Positions 17,397-26,748 of a stretch of DNA of 64,000 nt are shown here, piece by piece. Source of the DNA: a virus. The position numbers were made by a program, and so were the translations under genes. The DNA lies in the IMG/VR virus record IMGVR_UViG_3300031673_000014, positions 1-64,000 of that record; one strand, 5' to 3'. The notes beneath the pieces are model-generated. The model searched no databases. It was given only the letters and a program-made list of their open reading frames with translations, and had not been told where the DNA came from. Numbering within the stretch: position 1 is the stretch's first letter; each line of letters opens with the position of its first letter.

Positions 17397-18170
17397 ATGA
17401 AGGAAATACGCTTAGTTGGAAGAGCTAAAAATAACATTTTTCTATCTATCTGTGAGAAAAAAGGATTATTCACAAATAGGGTGATAGCTGATTACTTTGG
17501 TATACCGGAAGGTAAAATAGGAAAGATTATTAATCTGGCTAAAGGCTCTGTTTTAAACTCAAAAGGGGATTACTTAGAGTCATCGAAGATTATAGCAAAA
17601 AAGCTAAATCTACTTGAAGAAGATTTGTTTCCATTTTCATTATACAGCATTGAAGAGACCAAATTTAACCTAGAGATGAACATTGAAGACAGGGTTAAAA
17701 TTTTAGACGATTCTTATATATTTGACAGGATAGAAAGCAATCAATTAAAAAAATCTTTAAACGATATACTTGATACAATCCCACCGAGGGAAAAGCTTGC
17801 AATCGAACACAAATACGGTCTTAACGGAGAAGAACCTAAAACCTTAGAAGCCGTCGGAATGATCCTTAATGTTTCCAAAGAAAGATGCCGACAAATAATA
17901 TGTAAGGGCGAAAGGAGACTAAGACATCCTAAAAGAGTATCCAAACTAATACAATTTATGGATTTCGAGCCTACCGACGGGGATGGAATAGGCTCTAGTG
18001 TTATTAAGATAAAAAGATTAAAAGAAGAAATAAAAGATCTTTATAGAAAGGTTTCTTCTGGGGAAATATCCCGAAAGGAATATAGAGACTTTAATAGTCG
18101 TTTAAATTGTTTACAGATTATGCTCAATCGAGAGATATTAGAACTTAAAACAAAAAAGGGGGAATTATGA
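17397..18170 (+). CDS. HTH plus sigma-70 region 4 domain protein
   Basis: LDTIPPREKLAIEHKYGLNGEEPKTLEAVGMILNVSKERCRQIICKGERRLRHP resembles the RpoD C-terminus; no region 2 seen. Confidence 0.85.
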   Translation: MKEIRLVGRAKNNIFLSICEKKGLFTNRVIADYFGIPEGKIGKIINLAKGSVLNSKGDYLESSKIIAKKLNLLEEDLFPFSLYSIEETKFNLEMNIEDRVKILDDSYIFDRIESNQLKKSLNDILDTIPPREKLAIEHKYGLNGEEPKTLEAVGMILNVSKERCRQIICKGERRLRHPKRVSKLIQFMDFEPTDGDGIGSSVIKIKRLKEEIKDLYRKVSSGEISRKEYRDFNSRLNCLQIMLNREILELKTKKGEL

Positions 18171-18321
18171 TAGATATGGCACAGGAATGGAAAAAGAAAA
18201 TAGACCAGTTAGACGAGAAGATTCGGAACACTGAATCCGGTAAAGATGGAAGATTAAGACAATTAAGTGGCTGGAAAGCTAATATCCAATTAGCATATTT
18301 AAGATGTTTGGTGGCTAAAGT

Positions 18322-18753
18322 ATGAAAGTAGTTTTTACTCAAGGGCTCCAAGGAAGCGGCAAAAGTACTTGGGCTAAAATGAAGGCAATGGATCCAGAGT
18401 GGAAAAGAGTTAATAGAGATGATCTCCGACTCATGTTGGATAACGAGAGGTTTAATCCTAAGAATGAAAATTTCATCACTGTTGTGGAAGATCAAATAAT
18501 AGCTTCGGCAATAGCTTCGGGATATAATATCATCATTGATTCAATGAATTTGAATACACAAAGAATCAGAGAAAGGTTTGCTCAGATCTCAAGATACATT
18601 CCTTCGGTTGTTTGCGAAATTAAAAGTTTTAGAGATGTACCATTAGAAGAGTGTTTAAAAAGAGATTCTGTTCGTGAATTTCCTGTTGGAGAGTTTGTGA
18701 TAAGGAAAACGTATAATAAACATTTTGATATTACAACGGGGGAATTGTTATGA
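18322..18753 (+). CDS. Polynucleotide kinase-like P-loop protein (AAA_33, kinase domain only)
   Basis: GLQGSGKST, VNRDDLR, IIDSMN, LEECLKRD. Confidence 0.85.
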   Translation: MKVVFTQGLQGSGKSTWAKMKAMDPEWKRVNRDDLRLMLDNERFNPKNENFITVVEDQIIASAIASGYNIIIDSMNLNTQRIRERFAQISRYIPSVVCEIKSFRDVPLEECLKRDSVREFPVGEFVIRKTYNKHFDITTGELL

Positions 18754-18909
18754 ATGGCACAAGCCGCAACTGTTTTAATTATTCAAATATTGATCGAATT
18801 CTTCCAACAAAAGAAGAAGTTGACTTTCTCTGTAAAGATATCAAAATTATAGATAAAGTTGCTGAGAACGCCATCCTAAGCGGTGATTTAGAGACAAAAA
18901 TAAATCCTG

Positions 18910-18938
18910 TTGACAAATAAATATTAAAGACTTAAAAT
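18910..18938 (+). promoter_or_regulatory. Sigma70-type promoter of the head operon
   Basis: TTGACA-N17-TAAAAT. Confidence 0.7.
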
Positions 18939-18970
18939 CATAACATAAATCTAACGGGAGTTCGATAACG

Positions 18971-19004
18971 AGACCTGTTCCTTAACTGGGACAGGTCTTT
19001 TTTT
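18971..19004 (+). terminator. Intrinsic terminator-like hairpin directly before the protease gene
   Basis: AGACCTGTTCC-TTAACT-GGGACAGGTCT followed by a T run. Confidence 0.7.
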
Positions 19005-20498
19005 ATGCTTATGATAGAAAACGATTATATTTACACAGAAGCAAGAATCTCGAAAAGCATTGTCGGCGAACAATGGGAAACTGATAAGGCCGGAAATCCT
19101 ATTATAATAATCGAGGCTTCTAATGAGGATCTTGACTATGAGGGCGAACGGGTCCTGAGATCTGCTCTATTAAACAGTAGAGATTACTTTCTTCAAAACG
19201 GCGTTATTTCTTATGATCACAAACATCTACCTTCCTCAGACAATCACTCATGGGATCCTGAATGGAATTCCGAGAAATATGTAATAGGGAAACCTATAGA
19301 TGCATGGGAAGGAAAAGACGATAACGGAAAAAAAGTAGTTCTTGTAAAAGCTGTCCTTTCCCGGTCAAATGCTATTGCCAAAGAGATAATTGGAAAACTT
19401 CGCGACGGACTAGAAACTGTTAAAGCTTCCGTTGGCGGTCGTAAAGTGAAAAAAGCGTTTAAAATGGATACGAACACATATAAAGAAGTACCTACCATTA
19501 TGGCGGTAGACTGGGATGAAGTCGCTTTGACTTACAAGCCAGTTAATCAGTCTCTTGGAGCTACAACTTTATGTCCGAAGGAATTTGTGAAATCTCTTAC
19601 TGCCGGTTCAAGTGCGAATCCTGCAGAGATGTCCGGGGGAAATGCCTTACAAGTGCAATCCTTAGAGGGGTCTCCTGTTAGATCCTTAATGACTAAGTTA
19701 AGAAATAAAGAGATAAGCAAAAGTAGTGATGCAATTAATCATCTTGTGAATCTTGGTTACTCGACAGAGAAAGCCGGGAATGTCCTCAAGGTGATATTGA
19801 AAAAATATTTAGGAGATATTGTTATGGCAAAAAACGACAACGTTAATGACATCATCGATTCCTCCACCGATGAGCTTTTAAAAGCCCTGGAAGACCTTGA
19901 GGGCGGTGGTGATGTTCTTATCAAAGGTATTGATAAGATGAAAGATGATGGCGTGTACAAAAACCGTGGTGGTCACATGTACATGAAAAAAGCCGATGGA
20001 AAATATGAGAAGATGGATGAAGATTCACCTGATTATGACGGCGAAGATGATGATGATGATGACAATGATGAAGACGACATGGGTAAATCCCTTGGCGAAG
20101 AAGTCATTGATGCAACTGAAGTCATCGAAAGTATGGAAAAATCAATCAAAAAACTTGTTGGAATGGTTGAATCCCTTTCGACAACTGTTGAAAAACAGAG
20201 TTCTTTGATGAAATCTATTGGGGCTGTTACTGCCGAAGATTCTGTTTTGATTAAATCAATTGCAGGAACTCCGCAACCGAGACAGACAACCAATGGGTTA
20301 AAAGTTGAACCAAGATTTCAAAAATCTCAGGTAGACGCGCTGATGAAAGTAACAACTGAATCGTTGATCAAATCAATGATTGATGCAGATATTGATGGAA
20401 ACACAATGGCTGCGGCAAACCTTGCTTTCAGAAAAGGCGGAATTCAGGCTGTTGTGGCCAACGTTCCCCGAGTTGCTGAACTGCTGGTGAAGGAGTAA
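19005..20498 (+). CDS. Prohead protease with in-frame scaffold domain
   Basis: ASNEDLDYEGE..ISYDH..ASVGG..ALT..PVN (HK97/herpes-type protease pattern); acidic C-terminal half; internal AGGAGA plus ATG at 19824. Confidence 0.8.
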   Translation: MLMIENDYIYTEARISKSIVGEQWETDKAGNPIIIIEASNEDLDYEGERVLRSALLNSRDYFLQNGVISYDHKHLPSSDNHSWDPEWNSEKYVIGKPIDAWEGKDDNGKKVVLVKAVLSRSNAIAKEIIGKLRDGLETVKASVGGRKVKKAFKMDTNTYKEVPTIMAVDWDEVALTYKPVNQSLGATTLCPKEFVKSLTAGSSANPAEMSGGNALQVQSLEGSPVRSLMTKLRNKEISKSSDAINHLVNLGYSTEKAGNVLKVILKKYLGDIVMAKNDNVNDIIDSSTDELLKALEDLEGGGDVLIKGIDKMKDDGVYKNRGGHMYMKKADGKYEKMDEDSPDYDGEDDDDDDNDEDDMGKSLGEEVIDATEVIESMEKSIKKLVGMVESLSTTVEKQSSLMKSIGAVTAEDSVLIKSIAGTPQPRQTTNGLKVEPRFQKSQVDALMKVTTESLIKSMIDADIDGNTMAAANLAFRKGGIQAVVANVPRVAELLVKE

Positions 20499-20502
20499 TA
20501 AG

Positions 20503-21936
20503 ATGGATGTAAACAATTTTGCAACAAGCAATTACGGGTTTGGCGGTGGCGTAGGAGTTGGTAATATTGATGCTGAAGCATTGAATAAAGCTCTTACTGC
20601 CGGTGATTCTGCTAATCCTGCCGCAATGGGAACTGGTGGTAATACCCTTCAGTTCGAGTCACTTGAATCTCAGCTTATTTCGGCTCTTGCTGAAAGAGTA
20701 GAAGATTTTAAACTGATGAAGATGCAACCTAAAAACAAGGTCGGATCTACTGTTCATCAGTACACACAGGCAACTAACTCAGGAGAGTATGAAGGGCTCG
20801 GTACTGCCGAACTTGGCGATCCCATTGAGTCAACGTCTGTATTCGCTAGAAATACTCGTAATGTGAAGTATTTCCAGACAAAAAGAGAAGTTTCAATTCA
20901 GGCTCAGTCATTAAGCCCTGTAATCGGCGGTGCGGCTGAAGCAACCGAAGAAAGACTTGGAACACATGTTATGTTGAAAGGTACAGAGTACTATTGTTTC
21001 CATGGAAACGAAGCGGTTTCTCCAAACCTTCCAAGTGGGTATCCTGCACAGATTAGAGCTGAAGCTCCAAACAATGTTTTTAACATGAATGGACTGAAAG
21101 TTTCTGACGCTGGCGGTGAGGCTGTTATAGAAGCTGCAATCGGTTCTATTTATGAGCTCGGTGGTGAAGTATCAGATATGTTCTTCCCCCCTTCCATTGC
21201 TAATGACTGGCAGAATCTTTTAAAAGACAGATACCGATACAATTCTGGTGACAAAACAGCCGGAACAAAATTGACTACTTTTCAGTCAATGTACGGTCGA
21301 GACATTTGGATCTCTGGTAGAGCCGGAATCGACAAAATGTATAAGATCAAAACAAGGCCTGTAGCGTCTTCTTTGACGACTTTAAGACCTACAGCTCCGA
21401 CTTTCGCTCTCGCTGCTCAGGCTTTAACGGCTCCCGGAACTCCCGGTTTTGTAACTGCTACTGCAGGAACTTACCGATATACAGTTTTTGCTGTTGATGC
21501 AAGTGGTCTAGTTTCTGCCGCCGCTGCCGAGGCGAATCTCGCTCTTACTGCCGGTCAGGAAGCAAAAATAACAATCACTCCCGGTATTGCTCCTTTGGCA
21601 ACTGGTTATATTGTTTGTCGTGGAAAGAAAGACGTTACTACAGGAACTGATGTTCGTGAAATGTATAGAGTCGCTGATAGTGGTGCTGCTACTACTGTAA
21701 CTCTTGATCAGAATGCTGAACTTCCGGGAACTGCAGAAATGCTTCTTCTTTCTTCTGAAGGCGTTGAAAACTCTTATCAGTGGGATTCGTTCCTTGATCT
21801 TAGAAGATTCAACCTTGGGCCAACAAGAGCGTCAATTCCTTTCCTACTCTTATGGTATGGAACACCTGACCTGAAGATCGCCAACTTTAACGGGATCATC
21901 AAAAACGTCGGACACAGTGGTATTGACTGGTTCTAA
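20503..21936 (+). CDS. Major capsid protein (SPO1/Herelleviridae-like)
   Basis: LNKALTAG..GGNTLQFESLE..STVHQY..R....VKY..EYYCFHG; YRYTVFAV Ig-like insertion; follows the scaffold. Confidence 0.88.
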   Translation: MDVNNFATSNYGFGGGVGVGNIDAEALNKALTAGDSANPAAMGTGGNTLQFESLESQLISALAERVEDFKLMKMQPKNKVGSTVHQYTQATNSGEYEGLGTAELGDPIESTSVFARNTRNVKYFQTKREVSIQAQSLSPVIGGAAEATEERLGTHVMLKGTEYYCFHGNEAVSPNLPSGYPAQIRAEAPNNVFNMNGLKVSDAGGEAVIEAAIGSIYELGGEVSDMFFPPSIANDWQNLLKDRYRYNSGDKTAGTKLTTFQSMYGRDIWISGRAGIDKMYKIKTRPVASSLTTLRPTAPTFALAAQALTAPGTPGFVTATAGTYRYTVFAVDASGLVSAAAAEANLALTAGQEAKITITPGIAPLATGYIVCRGKKDVTTGTDVREMYRVADSGAATTVTLDQNAELPGTAEMLLLSSEGVENSYQWDSFLDLRRFNLGPTRASIPFLLLWYGTPDLKIANFNGIIKNVGHSGIDWF

Positions 21937-21943
21937 AAATAAC

Positions 21944-21965
21944 AAGAGCCCTTCGGGGCTCTTTT
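21944..21965 (+). terminator. Intrinsic terminator after capsid gene
   Basis: AAGAGCCC-TTCG-GGGCTCTTTT. Confidence 0.85.
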
Positions 21966-21977
21966 AGGAGAAAAATA

Positions 21978-22469
21978 ATGAGTTACAAAGATAAACTTAT
22001 AAAAGCTTTTCCCGTATTCAGTCATTTATTGAAAAACCCTCTCATAAAATCAGCTACTATAGCTGGTGGAGCTGCAGGGGCTTTGACTGTAACCGGGATT
22101 AAGAAAGACGATGAGATCGTAAGTGTTGTGAACGTAAGCGGAAATACTCAGGTTCTTGCCGCTGGTGGTGCTGCCGGAGATTTAACGGCGACTGGAGTCT
22201 CTGCTGGTGATGTTCTAAAGAGTGTTATTAATTTAACAGATTTAACAGATGTTACCTCCGAGTTCTCAATCACAGCGGATGATACGATAAATAACACTGG
22301 CGGAACAGCTACAACGGGAGACGTTCTACTGGTTGTTTTTGAAAAAGCAAAATCTGACTTGGCTTCTGAATTTATTGTTACTGCGGATAATACCGTAAAC
22401 AATACCGGGGGAACTGCTACAACTGGCATGACTCTGCTCGTAACATGGCTCCAATGGGCTATAAGATAG
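21978..22469 (+). CDS. Head decoration-like protein with internal duplication
   Basis: Repeated AGGAAGxLT and SEF..TAD.T.NNTGGTATTG units; LIKA/LIKS motifs at N-terminus. Confidence 0.55.
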   Translation: MSYKDKLIKAFPVFSHLLKNPLIKSATIAGGAAGALTVTGIKKDDEIVSVVNVSGNTQVLAAGGAAGDLTATGVSAGDVLKSVINLTDLTDVTSEFSITADDTINNTGGTATTGDVLLVVFEKAKSDLASEFIVTADNTVNNTGGTATTGMTLLVTWLQWAIR

Positions 22470-22480
22470 AATAGGGGGAA

Positions 22481-22828
22481 ATGATGGATTTAAAAGTATT
22501 GAGTATTGATGAAATGAAATCTTTAGCTGATGATTTTAAAATTAAATATCATCCGGCTATCGGAGAAGATAAACTTCTTGAGAAACTCGAAAGACATGTT
22601 GAGGAAAACCCCGGATGCCTCGGAGAAGATGAAGAGGTAAAAGCTAAACCGATTGAGCCAGTGAAAACACCGGCAAAAAAAGGTAAAGTTAAAATCAAGT
22701 CTCAATTTTTTGGAAAAATATCTTCTTCTTTCGGAGTGATAGACTTCGGAGAAGACGGGATTGCAGAAGTTGAACCGGAAGTAGCAGAACATTTCTGTAG
22801 TCTTCCAGTAGGATATGAAAAATGTTAA
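22481..22828 (+). CDS. Small head-associated or nucleic-acid-binding protein
   Basis: LSIDEMKSLADDFKIKYHPAIGEDKL (Rho-N/HeH-like) plus C-terminal FGEDGIAEV; position after capsid. Confidence 0.5.
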   Translation: MMDLKVLSIDEMKSLADDFKIKYHPAIGEDKLLEKLERHVEENPGCLGEDEEVKAKPIEPVKTPAKKGKVKIKSQFFGKISSSFGVIDFGEDGIAEVEPEVAEHFCSLPVGYEKC

Positions 22829-23886
22829 TAGCTACAAAAAGTGGCACAAACATAATTTTAAAAATCTCAAATGCAGTATCTTTCGTATTATCTCGAAAGG
22901 TTAATACTGGATCGTGGGAAGACTGGGACGGCTCCTCATGGGGAGGCGTTCCCGTTTCTTTATCCATAACAAATTTTACAGATTACGATTTGTCAGATGG
23001 AATCTATCAGTATAGATATACAACAACAGAAATCGTTTATTCAAACTGTATAGCCATAGGCTCTGATGCTGTTGGTTGGACTTTTGAAAACTATATAGTA
23101 CCTGATGGTCAATTCGGTGAAATCCTGACTGCAGATGATGTTAAATACTCATTTATGTGGGGACAGGCTTTTCTTGCTTCCAACGGTGATGTATGGAGTG
23201 ATGCTCAGACTAGAACGATGATCAAGTGGGCTGTAAAACAATTAGAAAAGAAATTAAACATAGATATATTCCCACGTGAGTATTTCTGTGATGACATAAC
23301 AAACGACGCTATAGATGAGTCAGAATACGTTAAAAAAGAATTTCCATATCCTAACAGGAGAAAAAGGAAATACACTATTGTATCGCGACATAGGCCGGTC
23401 AGGGAAGTTACCCGGCTCGATATGTACGCTCCGACTGACGATAAAATATTAAATCTTCTCCAGTGGTTAAGAATAGACCGAAGAAACGGGAAATTCAGAA
23501 TATATCCAAGGCAGGGGAAAATACAGAGTTTTACTTCAAATTCCTATCCATGGATGAGACTGCTCGATATGTATGATTATCCCGATGCTTTTCATATAGA
23601 CTATACTACTGGCTACAAAACAGCCGATCTTATCCCGGATGATTTAAGGGATATAATTGGAAAGATAGCAACTCTTAAAATGTTAAATGTGATCGGTGAC
23701 GGTTTATTAGCTGGTTTTTCTTCATCTTCACTGTCTTTAGACGGAATGAGCGAATCTTTTAGTTCTACTCAGTCGGCAACGTCGGCCTATTATGGGGCAA
23801 GGCTGGCTGTGTATAAAAAAGAAGTGGAAGAATACATCGACGAAAATAAAAACAAATACGGAAATTTCTTAATAGGTAGTTTCTAA
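22822..23886 (+). CDS. Head-tail adaptor
   Basis: IDYTTGY..IPDDLRDIIGKIA..SSSLSLDGMSES; synteny. Confidence 0.7.
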   Translation: MLIATKSGTNIILKISNAVSFVLSRKVNTGSWEDWDGSSWGGVPVSLSITNFTDYDLSDGIYQYRYTTTEIVYSNCIAIGSDAVGWTFENYIVPDGQFGEILTADDVKYSFMWGQAFLASNGDVWSDAQTRTMIKWAVKQLEKKLNIDIFPREYFCDDITNDAIDESEYVKKEFPYPNRRKRKYTIVSRHRPVREVTRLDMYAPTDDKILNLLQWLRIDRRNGKFRIYPRQGKIQSFTSNSYPWMRLLDMYDYPDAFHIDYTTGYKTADLIPDDLRDIIGKIATLKMLNVIGDGLLAGFSSSSLSLDGMSESFSSTQSATSAYYGARLAVYKKEVEEYIDENKNKYGNFLIGSF

Positions 23887-24967
23887 TGGCTAATGCAGGA
23901 CTCGGAGAAATAACACCAGTAAAACTTCAACTCTCAAGAGAAAACTTTAACGCTTTAATAGGTCGTCATTCACAGCCTATACGGTGGCTTATTTCAGAAA
24001 AATGTCCTTGTGTACAGAATAACCTTAAAGTTGACGAGAACTGCCCTTTATGTAAAGGGAACAGCGTTATTTACAACAATCCAACGGGATCATTAAGAGT
24101 TGAATCTTTAAAAGCTCCCATTGACGGCGTAATTGATCAAACGAATATTATATGGGTCCGGGACTTTTCCGGAAATGATTATCCGGTAACAACTCAAGAT
24201 TGTATGGCTTATGTTACAGGGGTTAAAAAAGGGCAGGTTTATCAGGTTAAATATACCGAAGAAGTGAATTTGTCCGGTTCAGGAATAGCCGAATATATCG
24301 CGGATAAATTATATAAAATAGATATTCCGACATTGGTAGAGTTCGATACTGTCCAGGGATCTATTTTGTCAGTGAGTGCCGTTGCTAATGGGTCTCCATT
24401 AACAGTGTCAACAATCTTTAGAAATTGCTTTGAGATAACCGATACAATTTTACCGGCTGATGAAGTGACGGTCACTTATGAATATATCAATCCCTTCAAG
24501 TTTGCTTTGATTCAAAATAATTTTACTAAAACAGACCAGAAATTTCTCTCAGATATAGGGGGAGATGGAATATTGATATTCCCTCAGAGATGGGAAGTAT
24601 ACGAAAAGGATATTATAGTTGCTCTTAATGCAAGCCAAATAAAAAAGACTGTTTTCAGGTCCACAGGGGTAATTGATACATTGCCCTCTTTTTATCCTTA
24701 CGAACTTAAGAGCGCTTATGTTCTCCGGGCAGGGGTGAAATACCCATTTGAGCCGGGTGTTGATTTTGTTTTATATAGTGGAAATAAAATAAAATGGATC
24801 GGGGACGCTCCGACTGATAAAGAACAAGTAAGTATTTCATATTCATATAATGTTGTTTACAGAGTCATGAGTGAATCTCCTGCTCCAAGAACAAGCGAAG
24901 ATAACAGGTTTCCAAGAAAGGTTGCCCTTAAATTAGTTACCGATTTTAACGGCCGGGAGGGTTTCTG
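23886..24967 (+). CDS. Head closure/neck protein
   Basis: W....CPC..CPLCKG motif; VSISY..VYRV; synteny. Confidence 0.6.
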
Positions 24968-25822
24968 ATGATGACATTGTCAATTGTCCCTACCGATCCA
25001 GTTTTAATTGAATTGATAGGCGCTCTCGGAGGAATTGGATCAAACGGTGGTCTTAGGTATACCGAAAGGGCTGTAGAAAAACTATCCTCAAATATTGCCT
25101 GGGCTTGGCAGCAAACCGTAGGATCTAAACATGTGATCGAAAAAAAGAAACTTACTCCATTTTCTCATGCTGTATTTTCCCGAGATGATGTTGTTCATTG
25201 GTTAGAATATGGACTTAAGCCATTTGATATGAAAATGACTCACCCTTTCGGAAAGAAGTCGAGAGTTGTTAAACCCCGTAAAGGATCAGGCGGAAAGGTA
25301 ATATCATCATGGACTCAGACCAGAAAAGACGGAAGTACTTATACTGTCCATGCCGGAGATCCTTATTTAATAATCCCTATGAGACATAAAACTGCAGGAC
25401 AAAAGAATAAAGAGGGAGATACAACAAGCCCTAGAACATTGTCTGATGTATATTCAAAAGTTCAAAAAGGAATGAAAGATCCTTCTTTTGAGAGAAGTTT
25501 CGTTACTACTTCTCCAAGTAAAAGCGATAAAATAGAGCCAAATTATTGGAAAGTGGCCGTAAATAGAGCTAAATATTCTTGGGGTACAAGATTCTCATTC
25601 CCGGAAGATGATACTTTTAAAAACCTACGAGGTATGGTTGTAATGGGAGAGAAAGGGGATAGTCAGTTTATGACCTTTAGAGTTGTTTCTGTGAACTCTC
25701 CGTCAAGTGCATGGATGCACCCCGGAATTAAAGCAAGGCATAACCTTGCCAATATTCTTGAGCGAGGCCGGGAAACAATGCAGGGAGTTATTGAAGATGC
25801 TCTGCGGAGGGATTTTAGATGA
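24968..25822 (+). CDS. Neck/tail-completion protein
   Basis: LEYG..PFDMK..YLIIPMRH..FMTFRVVS.NS..AWMHPG. Confidence 0.65.
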   Translation: MMTLSIVPTDPVLIELIGALGGIGSNGGLRYTERAVEKLSSNIAWAWQQTVGSKHVIEKKKLTPFSHAVFSRDDVVHWLEYGLKPFDMKMTHPFGKKSRVVKPRKGSGGKVISSWTQTRKDGSTYTVHAGDPYLIIPMRHKTAGQKNKEGDTTSPRTLSDVYSKVQKGMKDPSFERSFVTTSPSKSDKIEPNYWKVAVNRAKYSWGTRFSFPEDDTFKNLRGMVVMGEKGDSQFMTFRVVSVNSPSSAWMHPGIKARHNLANILERGRETMQGVIEDALRRDFR

Positions 25823-26562
25823 TCGTAGCATATAGTTATATTCCAGTAATAGAAGAGATATTAATCGAAAGACTCACGAAATTCTTAATGGAAGATTGTA
25901 AATGGGCTGATCAGTTCCCGAATTTCCCACAAGTAAGGATTTCCAATGAGTACCCATGGGTGCCTTATATGGCTTCGGAAGAATTTTTTACTAATGGGTG
26001 GCTGGATCTTAATAAAGTATCTGAGACTCTTTTCCCGAGTGCGACTATTGTTACAAGTGCCGATTCTAAGTCTCCACAGTTATATGTTTCAATGAAGCCG
26101 ACTACATTGGAAAAAACAGAAGTCACCGCTTTTAAAGCTCAGGCTGCTTTAGATGGATATTTGATATCTCCTGCGGCTTTAACTGAGATAGATACTCATT
26201 TTGTGACAAACGATTCTTTGAATGGTGTAAACATTGTATATCAGCGACGAGATACAATAAATATTGATATTACAACCGACGATCAGACAAATATTAAGAA
26301 TAGATTGTACGATTTGATCAGTCTCTTTCTTATAGGTCATGGAAATGTAGAGCTGAAAACTGATCTTGATATTGCCATTATTGAAAGTAGTGTAAATGGA
26401 TCCCGGTCTGGTGTATATAATAATGATTTTGGTAGAGTCTTGAGAGGTGCGTCAATTCAGTTCAATGTGGATTATAAAATCTCTCAAGTTTTTTATAATA
26501 CTGATTCTGGATTAATTGACAGTGTTTTAATCGATCATGAAGTTTCAGTCGTTGGAGGATGA
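25819..26562 (+). CDS. Tail terminator-like protein
   Basis: Synteny just before the sheath gene. Confidence 0.5.
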   Translation: MIVAYSYIPVIEEILIERLTKFLMEDCKWADQFPNFPQVRISNEYPWVPYMASEEFFTNGWLDLNKVSETLFPSATIVTSADSKSPQLYVSMKPTTLEKTEVTAFKAQAALDGYLISPAALTEIDTHFVTNDSLNGVNIVYQRRDTINIDITTDDQTNIKNRLYDLISLFLIGHGNVELKTDLDIAIIESSVNGSRSGVYNNDFGRVLRGASIQFNVDYKISQVFYNTDSGLIDSVLIDHEVSVVGG

Positions 26563-26748
26563 ATTGAAAGAAGATAAAAAAGATCCTGTAAAGGATCTAA
26601 GAACGTATCCCGTTAAGGAGTATTTAAAAACTACTACCCGAAAGGATGCTGTTAAAAAGATGATGATGGATCTTTTCATCGGTCAATCAAGAACGATGGA
26701 AGAATGGGCAATTGCAGACAAACATATAAATGAAGGGAGGTGCTAAAA

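Noticed and set aside
20045-20080. GAT microsatellite as a contingency locus
   Set aside because: Encodes the poly-Asp tract of the acidic scaffold; triplet and imperfect
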